A stretch of DNA of 64,000 nt from a virus. Position 1 is the first letter of the stretch; every line of letters starts with the position of its first letter. Under the pieces are notes generated by a model. It searched no databases and was not told the DNA's origin. It worked only from the letters and a program-made list of their open reading frames with translations. The position numbers and the translations under genes are program-made. This document shows positions 57,029 to 64,000 of the stretch, in pieces. The stretch is taken from positions 59,333 to 123,332 of IMG/VR virus record IMGVR_UViG_3300017748_000002; one strand, 5' to 3'.

Positions 57029-58120
57029 ATGAAAAAAATCTTAGTAACTGGGATGAACCACGAGCAAACACGCTATGATGGTTATCTCTCAAAACGCATT
57101 GGAGTGATCCTTTGCCATTACGGTCTTATTCGTTGTCTTGAAGATATGGACTTCGAAGTAACTCAAAAACATACTCAACCCGGTGAAGATCTTTCTGAAT
57201 ACGATCATGTGATTGTATATCTACACAGTCCTAATGGTTTTTGTCAACGTATCTTTGACGGGCTATGGGCACTCAACCAAAGACCGGATGCTATTCTAGC
57301 TTTTGACGATTGGCAAGTCAAAGATATTTTCAATGGTGTAATTGGTTATGGTAAAGCTCTGAAGGAACGTCCTGAGTCTGCTTATCGTGGTCATATCCTT
57401 GATCAATATCATACAGTCAAAGATGTAGATCAGGTAAAGAAGTATCACCAAGCTTACATTGACGCAATCGATATGGTTGCTGAAAAGAAGAATAAAGTTT
57501 TGATGTGTGCTTTTGCTGGTGGTGATCTCAGTAAGTTGATGGATTATCCACAAGAACTGGTTTATAGTTTCAACCCTAATCCATACCACTTAAATCGTTC
57601 TCATGAAAATAATTATGGAATGGAAGCTGGTGGTCTAGACGATTTCTTTGGTGGACCTGAAGCTCCGTCTCCAGAGAAGAAATCAAAAGCGTGGATCTTT
57701 AGTTCATTGGTACAAACTAAAACACGTAAGTGGTTAGACAAACAAGAATTGAATTGGGATGTACGTATCTACGGTGCTCAACGCGGAGCATTCAAAACCG
57801 AACGCCTGACCGAAGATAAAATGGTACAAGAATACGAAACTACTTGGGGTAACCTGATGCCGGGATACGATCATTCAGGATCTGGCTGGTGGAGAACACG
57901 AGTATTACAATGCGCTGAAGCTCGATCAATTACTATTTGTGATCCTGTTGAAGGTAAAGTTTATGGTGAAGAGTTCCTTATTACTCCAGCCGAAGTTGAA
58001 GCAATGGATGATAGTCAGCTATGGAAGAAAGCAAACGCACAGCGTGAAAACTTCCTAGATAATCACCCACTAAATAAGGATGTCACCAAACAAGAAATTA
58101 TGGAGGTCTTAAATGGCTAA
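57029..58120 (+). CDS. Putative DNA glycosyltransferase (GT-B-like)
   Basis: KILVTG, DLSEYD.VIV, AFDDWQ, GSGWWR.R..Q; recalled resemblance to the RB69 ORF003c-type DNA sugar transferase; context beside gp42 and sugar enzymes. Confidence 0.55.
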   Translation: MKKILVTGMNHEQTRYDGYLSKRIGVILCHYGLIRCLEDMDFEVTQKHTQPGEDLSEYDHVIVYLHSPNGFCQRIFDGLWALNQRPDAILAFDDWQVKDIFNGVIGYGKALKERPESAYRGHILDQYHTVKDVDQVKKYHQAYIDAIDMVAEKKNKVLMCAFAGGDLSKLMDYPQELVYSFNPNPYHLNRSHENNYGMEAGGLDDFFGGPEAPSPEKKSKAWIFSSLVQTKTRKWLDKQELNWDVRIYGAQRGAFKTERLTEDKMVQEYETTWGNLMPGYDHSGSGWWRTRVLQCAEARSITICDPVEGKVYGEEFLITPAEVEAMDDSQLWKKANAQRENFLDNHPLNKDVTKQEIMEVLNG

Positions 58121-59069
58121 AATTTGTATCACCGGTGGAGCAGGCTTTATTGCATTCCATCTCACACATAAACTAATAGAACTAGGTCACGAAGTTGTTG
58201 GCTTTGATAATTACAACGATTATTACGATCCAGGGCTAAAACATACTCGAGCAAATATTCTTCACGATCGATTCGGCGTTATCATGGAAAACGTAGATCT
58301 ATTGGATCGCAAGAAGCTTACTCAGTGGATGAAAACAAATAGTCCAGATGTTGTAATGCATTTAGCAGCATATGCCGGAGTACGTCATTCGCTTGATTAT
58401 CCGGATGACTATATTTCAAACAATATTGTCGGTACACATAATCTTATCGAAGCGTGTAATGATGCTCGTATAACTAAAATCACATATGCCTCAACCTCGT
58501 GTGTAATGGCTGATAATCCTCTCCCATGGAATGAAGACGAAAAGATTGGAGTAGCTAAGAATCCATACGGTTATTCTAAAGCTACCAATGAAGCACAGAT
58601 GATCTCTTCTAAAATTGATTCAACTATTGGCTTACGTTTCTTTACAGTGTATGGTCCTTGGGGCCGGCCTGATATGGCGCTGTTTGACTTTACTAAAAAC
58701 ATTGTTGCCGGCAATCCAATCCAACTTTTCAACTATGGTGATATGGTTCGTGATTTTACGTACGTCGAAGATATTGTTCAAGGCATCGTAATTATTATCA
58801 ATCGTCTTTTAGATAATCAAGACATTAACGAAATCTATAATATTGGTTTTGGTGATCAAATTCAGCTGGTTGATTTTGTAGAACATATTGAGAAGAACTT
58901 AGATCGTACAGCTATTCGTGAATTAGTTGAAATGCATCCTGCCGACACTCAAGCAACATGGTCTGATACGACTAAGTTACAAGCACTCGGTTACAAGCCA
59001 ACTACAAATATTGCGGAAGGTGTAGCTAAATTTATTGAATGGTACAAGGAATATTATAATGTCAATTAA
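58113..59069 (+). CDS. NAD-dependent epimerase, UDP-glucuronate 4-epimerase-like
   Basis: TGGAGFI, HLAA.AGVR.S, YGYSK, RFFTVYGPWGRPDMA. Confidence 0.85.
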   Translation: MAKICITGGAGFIAFHLTHKLIELGHEVVGFDNYNDYYDPGLKHTRANILHDRFGVIMENVDLLDRKKLTQWMKTNSPDVVMHLAAYAGVRHSLDYPDDYISNNIVGTHNLIEACNDARITKITYASTSCVMADNPLPWNEDEKIGVAKNPYGYSKATNEAQMISSKIDSTIGLRFFTVYGPWGRPDMALFDFTKNIVAGNPIQLFNYGDMVRDFTYVEDIVQGIVIIINRLLDNQDINEIYNIGFGDQIQLVDFVEHIEKNLDRTAIRELVEMHPADTQATWSDTTKLQALGYKPTTNIAEGVAKFIEWYKEYYNVN

Positions 59070-59883
59070 TATCGCAATCATTGGTCATGGTTACGTAGGT
59101 AAAGCTGTTGACCACGGCTTTTCCACAAGTCAAGTTGAGAAGTATATTGTAGATCCACTTTATGGAACTACACTCGATCAACTGAAAGGTAAAGTTCGAT
59201 TAGATGCTGCCTTTGTTGCAGTACCAACTCCCTTTGGTTCAGACGGTGAAATCGACGCTTCAATCGTAAAAGATGTTGTACGTCAACTAGAACATTTTAG
59301 TTGTCCGATTATTATTAAGTCAACCACAACTCCAGATATTGTAGATGAACTCTATCTTGAAAACGAACGTGTAGTTTACAACCCAGAGTTTTTGACTGAA
59401 AAGAATGCTCTTGACGATTTCATTAATCCACCAATGCACGTACTTGGTGGTAAGAGAAAGTATTGTGAACGTGTTCTTGATCTATATGAAAACTATTCGC
59501 AATGTAAACCATGTCAAGTTTTCTATATGACAGCCAAAGAAGCTTCATTCGTTAAATACGGAATCAACTCTTACCTCGCTACTAAAGTTCTATGGTTTAA
59601 TCAATTCAAAGATATTGTTGAAGACTGGGAAGGCAAGTATAATGTGATTGTGAATGCGATTGGTAGTGATCCACGTATTGGCCATAGTCATACTCAGGTT
59701 CCAGGGCCAGACGGACGTAAAGGTTTTGGCGGAGCTTGTTTCCCAAAAGATACTAACGCTTTCTCTACCTTTTCAAAAGGAGACTTTGGCGTCCTTGACG
59801 AAGTAATCAAACATAATAACGTATATAGAAAATCTTACGATCTTGATGAACGTGAAAAAGAACAGAAAGTAAATTATGGTTAA
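59059..59883 (+). CDS. UDP-glucose/GDP-mannose dehydrogenase family protein
   Basis: GHGYVG, VPTP, IKST, NPEFL, D.RIG, GFGGACFPKD. Confidence 0.85.
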   Translation: MSINIAIIGHGYVGKAVDHGFSTSQVEKYIVDPLYGTTLDQLKGKVRLDAAFVAVPTPFGSDGEIDASIVKDVVRQLEHFSCPIIIKSTTTPDIVDELYLENERVVYNPEFLTEKNALDDFINPPMHVLGGKRKYCERVLDLYENYSQCKPCQVFYMTAKEASFVKYGINSYLATKVLWFNQFKDIVEDWEGKYNVIVNAIGSDPRIGHSHTQVPGPDGRKGFGGACFPKDTNAFSTFSKGDFGVLDEVIKHNNVYRKSYDLDEREKEQKVNYG

Positions 59884-61066
59884 TTATGCCAGTATAGTAC
59901 CACTTATTGGTGGTGAAACAATTGCTATGCAGAATGTCGTTGGAAATAAACCCGAGTACATTCTGTCGTACGAAGGTTTTGAAAGTAATGATAAACACCT
60001 ATTGGAATATTATAAAAACGAAGTTCCCTATCATCTTATCAAAGACGGTGAGCTTCCTGATGTTAATAGTGTTGATATTGTTAACACTGTTTGCCCTTGT
60101 GCTGGCTTGTCTAGTCTCAGTCCTTCAAGTAATTCTGAGTCTGCTACTAATGATTGGATGCGTATGTCTGCAGAGTATATACTCGATAGCGTCAAACCAA
60201 AAGTGTTTTGGGGAGAAAACGCACCAAGACTTGCTAGCAAGATGGGAGAGCCAGTTGTCAAAGATTTACGACAAATTGGCCAAAAATACGGATATACTTT
60301 TTCAATATTTAAAACAAAAAGTCTCTTGCATGGACTTTCTCAAGTAAGAGATAGAGCTTTTTATTTTTTCTGGAAAGGTGATAAGGTTCCAGTATTTGAA
60401 TATATAAATCGTACGCACCAAACAATCGAAGATGCCATTCGATCTGTCAACAGAAATCCAGCAGATCCAATGGACATTCTTGCCAATGAGGCAAAGCCAA
60501 CTGATAACGCATACTATAAGTATGTTCTTCAATTGTTGAATACAACTCATCAAAAGTTTGCTGCTAGTATCGAAAAAACTACGAATCCTATGGAATGGAT
60601 CTATGCTAATGATTCATTCTTAAAAGCAGCCGATTGGATGGATGCTAATGGATATGAAAGAGAAGCCGCTAAGTGCCGACGTAAGTTTGACAAGTTAGCT
60701 TCAGGCGGTAATATTATGTGGCACAATATTGAAATTCCAAAAGACCACATCGGTGCTTTTGTAGGTCATCGACCAACATCAATAGCGCATCCAGATGAAG
60801 ATCGCTTTTTGACTATTAGAGAATGTCTATCACTAATGAAAATGCCAGATGATTTTATTCTCCAAGGTGGTCGTAAAAATCTCAATCACATTTGTCAAAA
60901 TGTACCTGTCACCACTGCTGAAGACATGGCCTCTGAAGTAGTCAAGTTTGTAGAAGGTCGTTCTGATAACAGGCTCATCGAGACAAACTATTTAATTCAA
61001 GATAACAAAAATAATTCATGGTGGTCTGAAAAAAGTAGTGTACAACTCGATGATTTTATGGTATAA
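59876..61066 (+). CDS. DNA cytosine-C5 methyltransferase-like protein
   Basis: CPCAGLS (IV), GENAP (VI), Q.R.R (VIII), R.LT.RE (IX); motif I divergent. Confidence 0.7.
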   Translation: MVNYASIVPLIGGETIAMQNVVGNKPEYILSYEGFESNDKHLLEYYKNEVPYHLIKDGELPDVNSVDIVNTVCPCAGLSSLSPSSNSESATNDWMRMSAEYILDSVKPKVFWGENAPRLASKMGEPVVKDLRQIGQKYGYTFSIFKTKSLLHGLSQVRDRAFYFFWKGDKVPVFEYINRTHQTIEDAIRSVNRNPADPMDILANEAKPTDNAYYKYVLQLLNTTHQKFAASIEKTTNPMEWIYANDSFLKAADWMDANGYEREAAKCRRKFDKLASGGNIMWHNIEIPKDHIGAFVGHRPTSIAHPDEDRFLTIRECLSLMKMPDDFILQGGRKNLNHICQNVPVTTAEDMASEVVKFVEGRSDNRLIETNYLIQDNKNNSWWSEKSSVQLDDFMV

Positions 61067-61067
61067 T
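61039..61067 (+). promoter_or_regulatory. Sigma70-like promoter
   Basis: TGTACA-17 nt-TATAAT. Confidence 0.5.
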
Positions 61068-61069
61068 AT

Positions 61070-61237
61070 ATGGATCAGCTAAAGGAAAGACTAGAAATAG
61101 TCTTAAAAGAAATAAGTCAGGTGATGCAAGAACGTAAAGATCAAGTTGAAAGTATACGTGATCAAATCACTCGGCTAGAAAATGACAACGAAGATCTTGA
61201 AAAAAAGATCAGCGAACTTGTAAGAGATTATATATGA
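61070..61237 (+). CDS. Small coiled-coil protein
   Basis: Not in the ORF track: 55 aa MDQLKERLEIVLKEISQ...ELVRDYI. Confidence 0.55.
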   Translation: MDQLKERLEIVLKEISQVMQERKDQVESIRDQITRLENDNEDLEKKISELVRDYI

Positions 61238-61238
61238 G

Positions 61239-61409
61239 ATGTATAATACAGAATTTAAATTAACACTTCGAGATATCGAAATAATTGAAGCCGGCTTGCG
61301 TGAATTAGACAGGCCGGATATCGATATAACAGAAATTACTAATCTACTGGGTAGACTTCATAATCAAAAGAACTGGTATCGACCAGGTGAAATCTATTTC
61401 AGTGGCTAA
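61239..61409 (+). CDS. Small hypothetical protein
   Basis: Not in the ORF track: 56 aa MYNTEFKLTLRDIEIIE...LLGRLHNQKNWYRPGEIYFSG. Confidence 0.6.
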   Translation: MYNTEFKLTLRDIEIIEAGLRELDRPDIDITEITNLLGRLHNQKNWYRPGEIYFSG

Positions 61410-61427
61410 CCCTAAGGAGACTATGCT

Positions 61428-62468
61428 TTGAGTATTATGGATAAATTGAAAAAGAATTCGAAAGTTAAAACAACTGAAGTTTTGGCTGAATCGAAATTCT
61501 TTAATGATAAAGATATGATCCCAACCGAAGTACCCATGATGAACGTTGCTTTATCTGGCTCTACTGATGGTGGATTGGCACCCGGACTCACAGTGCTTGC
61601 TGGTCCATCAAAACACTTTAAGACATCATTTGCTTTGATTATGGCAAGTGCTTATTTGAAAAAGTACAAAGATGCTGTACTTTTATTTTATGATTCAGAG
61701 TTTGGTTCACCTGAACAATATTTTAAGATGTACGATATTGATACCAATCGTGTACTTCATACACCAATTACAAATGTTGAAGAATTGAAGTTTGATATTA
61801 TTGGTCAAATGGAATCTTTAGATCGTAAAGACAATGTTATTATTGTTATCGATTCAGTTGGTAACCTCGCATCAAAGAAAGAACTTGAAGACGCTATCAA
61901 CGAAAAATCAGTTGCTGATATGTCTCGAGCAAAAGCACTCAAAGGTTTGTTCCGTATGTGTACACCATACTTGAATATGAAAAACATTCCATTGATTGCA
62001 GTAAACCATACTTACCAAGAAATTGGTTTGTTCCCGAAAGCGATTGTATCCGGTGGTACCGGTATCTATTATTCTGCTGACAACATCTGGATTGTTGGTC
62101 GTCGTCAGAATAAAAAAGGTACTGAAGTTACTGGCTATGATTTTGTAATCAATGTAGAGAAATCGCGTTATGTTAAAGAAAAGTCTAAGATTCCCATTAG
62201 TGTTAGCTGGGAAGGTGGAGTACAGAAGTGGTCTGGTCTGCTTGACGTTGCTATGCAAGGTAAATATGTGGCTAAGCCATCTGCAGGCTGGTATTGCCGC
62301 GTTGACCAGACGACTGGTGAATTATCTGAGTCTAAAGTACGAGAAGCCCAAACTCTAGAAGAAGACTTCTGGAAACCAATCTTTGCTGAAACCAACTTTG
62401 CCGAATATCTAACCGAATGTTATAAGATCGGCGGTAAATCTCATGTTGACATTGAGGATGAAGAATGA
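61428..62468 (+). CDS. uvsX: RecA-like recombinase UvsX
   Basis: AGPSKHFKT, YDSEFG, DSVGNLASKKE, SGGTG..YSAD. Confidence 0.96.
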   Translation: MSIMDKLKKNSKVKTTEVLAESKFFNDKDMIPTEVPMMNVALSGSTDGGLAPGLTVLAGPSKHFKTSFALIMASAYLKKYKDAVLLFYDSEFGSPEQYFKMYDIDTNRVLHTPITNVEELKFDIIGQMESLDRKDNVIIVIDSVGNLASKKELEDAINEKSVADMSRAKALKGLFRMCTPYLNMKNIPLIAVNHTYQEIGLFPKAIVSGGTGIYYSADNIWIVGRRQNKKGTEVTGYDFVINVEKSRYVKEKSKIPISVSWEGGVQKWSGLLDVAMQGKYVAKPSAGWYCRVDQTTGELSESKVREAQTLEEDFWKPIFAETNFAEYLTECYKIGGKSHVDIEDEE

Positions 62469-62782
62469 AGGAAGGTACTGACTACGTATTAATTGAACCA
62501 GATTCTGAATCCGATCCGTGGAATGCTCGAATCCTGACTGGTGAATTTCCTGAAACAGTTATTCAATTTGGTGCTGTAGCTCTAAATGAAGTTGAAGGTC
62601 ATTTATCATTTGATTTTGGTATTATCTCAAGCCCTGATCCTGAAGCAGTACCTGAGAATGAGCGTCTACAAGAAGTAGCTCATGATGTTCTTCAAAGCAT
62701 ATTTGATATTGCTTTAGAAGAAGGGTTTGCGAGAGTCACTGATCGGAAAAGCGGTAAAGAAATTGAGTATTGGAAAGAGTAA
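62465..62782 (+). CDS. Hypothetical protein (gp40 position)
   Basis: Coupled ORF between uvsX and gp41. Confidence 0.55.
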   Translation: MKEGTDYVLIEPDSESDPWNARILTGEFPETVIQFGAVALNEVEGHLSFDFGIISSPDPEAVPENERLQEVAHDVLQSIFDIALEEGFARVTDRKSGKEIEYWKE

Positions 62783-62783
62783 C

Positions 62784-64000
62784 TTGCAAGCAAACATTGA
62801 ACAAACAATCTTAAGAAATCTTCTCACAGACGAGAAGTATATGCGGAAAGTTCTGCCTTTTATTAAGCCAGATTATTTCCAAGGTGTTTACAAAACGTTA
62901 TTTAAAGAAGCCGGTAAGTACGTTGCTAAATACAATCGGCTTCCGACGAATGAGTCTTTAGCAATTGAACTTCAAGATACTAACATGTCTGAAGATCAGT
63001 ACACTATGGCTATGGATATAGTTCCTCAACTCTTTTCAAAAGAAAAGATTGACGAAGACTGGTTGCTAGATCATACCGAAAAGTGGTGTCAGGATCGAGC
63101 AATCTATAATTCTATCATGGAGTCCATTAGTATTATTGATGGAAAACATGAAACTCTTACTAAGAATGCTTTGCCAGAGTTATTACAAAAAGCTTTGGGA
63201 GTTGCGTTTGATACAAATGTAGGCCATGATTATGTCGAACAAGCAGAAGAACGTTGGGAATTCTATAATAAAGAAGAAGATCGAATCCCGTTTGATCTCG
63301 AATATTTCAACAAGATTACAAAGGGTGGTATACCAAATAAGACACTTAACATTGCCCTTGCAGGTACTGGCGTTGGCAAGTCTCTATTCATGTGTCATGT
63401 TGCTGCTAGTGCTCTTGTAGAAGGTCGTAACGTTCTTTATATTACGATGGAAATGGCAGAAGAAAGAATCGCTGAGCGTATCGATGCTAACTTATTGAAT
63501 GTTCCTATTGACCAACTTGAAAACATGTCAAAGGATATGTTTACCGAGAAAGTCAAGAACTTAGCTCGTAAGACTACTGGCCGTTTAGTGGTCAAAGAAT
63601 ATCCAACCGGTTCTGCTCATTCTAGCCATTTTAGAGCTCTTTTGAATGAACTGAAGCTTAAAAAAGAATTTGTTCCAGATATTATCTTTATTGATTATCT
63701 CAATATCTGTGCTTCAAGTAGAATGAAAGGAATGGGAGGATCTATCAATTCATACACTTACATTAAAGCAATTGCTGAAGAATTACGTGGCCTTGCGGTC
63801 GAGTTCGACGTACCGGTCTTCTCTGCAACGCAAACGACTCGTTCTGGTTATGGTAACTCGGATGTTGGGCTTGAAGATACGTCCGAGTCTTTTGGATTAC
63901 CCGCGACAGCCGATCTAATGTTTGCCTTGATCTCAACCGAAGAGCTTGAAAAAGACGGACAGATGATGGTCAAACAATTGAAGAATCGTTACAATGATCC
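62784..64000 (+). CDS. gp41: Replicative helicase gp41 (3' truncated by window edge)
   Basis: Not in the ORF track: MQANIEQTILRNL..., AGTGVGKS, EMAEE.I..RIDA, IDYLNI, SESFGLPATAD. Confidence 0.93.
   Translation, partial: MQANIEQTILRNLLTDEKYMRKVLPFIKPDYFQGVYKTLFKEAGKYVAKYNRLPTNESLAIELQDTNMSEDQYTMAMDIVPQLFSKEKIDEDWLLDHTEKWCQDRAIYNSIMESISIIDGKHETLTKNALPELLQKALGVAFDTNVGHDYVEQAEERWEFYNKEEDRIPFDLEYFNKITKGGIPNKTLNIALAGTGVGKSLFMCHVAASALVEGRNVLYITMEMAEERIAERIDANLLNVPIDQLENMSKDMFTEKVKNLARKTTGRLVVKEYPTGSAHSSHFRALLNELKLKKEFVPDIIFIDYLNICASSRMKGMGGSINSYTYIKAIAEELRGLAVEFDVPVFSATQTTRSGYGNSDVGLEDTSESFGLPATADLMFALISTEELEKDGQMMVKQLKNRYND

Noticed and set aside
1-64000. tRNAs, CRISPR arrays, introns/inteins, IS elements, stop-codon recoding
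   Set aside because: None seen by eye; core genes (gp17, gp23, gp43, uvsX) are uninterrupted and of normal length in the standard code

Overview
This 64 kb window is part of a T4-like myovirus genome; it is AT-rich and every credible gene lies on the + strand. An alphaproteobacterial host is only inferred. There are four blocks. (1) 1-20078 is a tightly overlapping operon of tailoring enzymes: 9 radical SAM proteins, 6 SGNH-like proteins, 2 glycosyltransferase-like proteins, a NodU/CmcH carbamoyltransferase, an FkbM methyltransferase, and QueC-like, PLP-fold and 2OG-Fe(II)-like proteins. (2) 20134-37756 holds the late virion genes under TATAAATA promoters: two fibre-like proteins, gp13-gp23 and gp3. 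(3) 37802-53670 holds recombination/replication genes (uvsY, uvsW, gp55, 47, 46, 45, 44, 62, regA, gp43) plus Hsp20, lysozyme and IscA. (4) 54048-61066 is a cytosine hypermodification cluster (gp42-like, dCMP deaminase, DNA glycosyltransferase-like, UDP-glucose dehydrogenase, UDP-glucuronate epimerase, C5-MTase-like), followed by uvsX and a partial gp41. The strongest unexplained signal is an Asp-Ser (DS) motif. It is heavily enriched in the fibre protein (about 40 copies by hand count, no DT) and clusters in the variable segments of the capsid, sheath and neck proteins, directly downstream of the enzyme operon. I infer a phage-encoded virion-surface modification (glycosylation) system. All family calls come from motif reading; no database searches were run.
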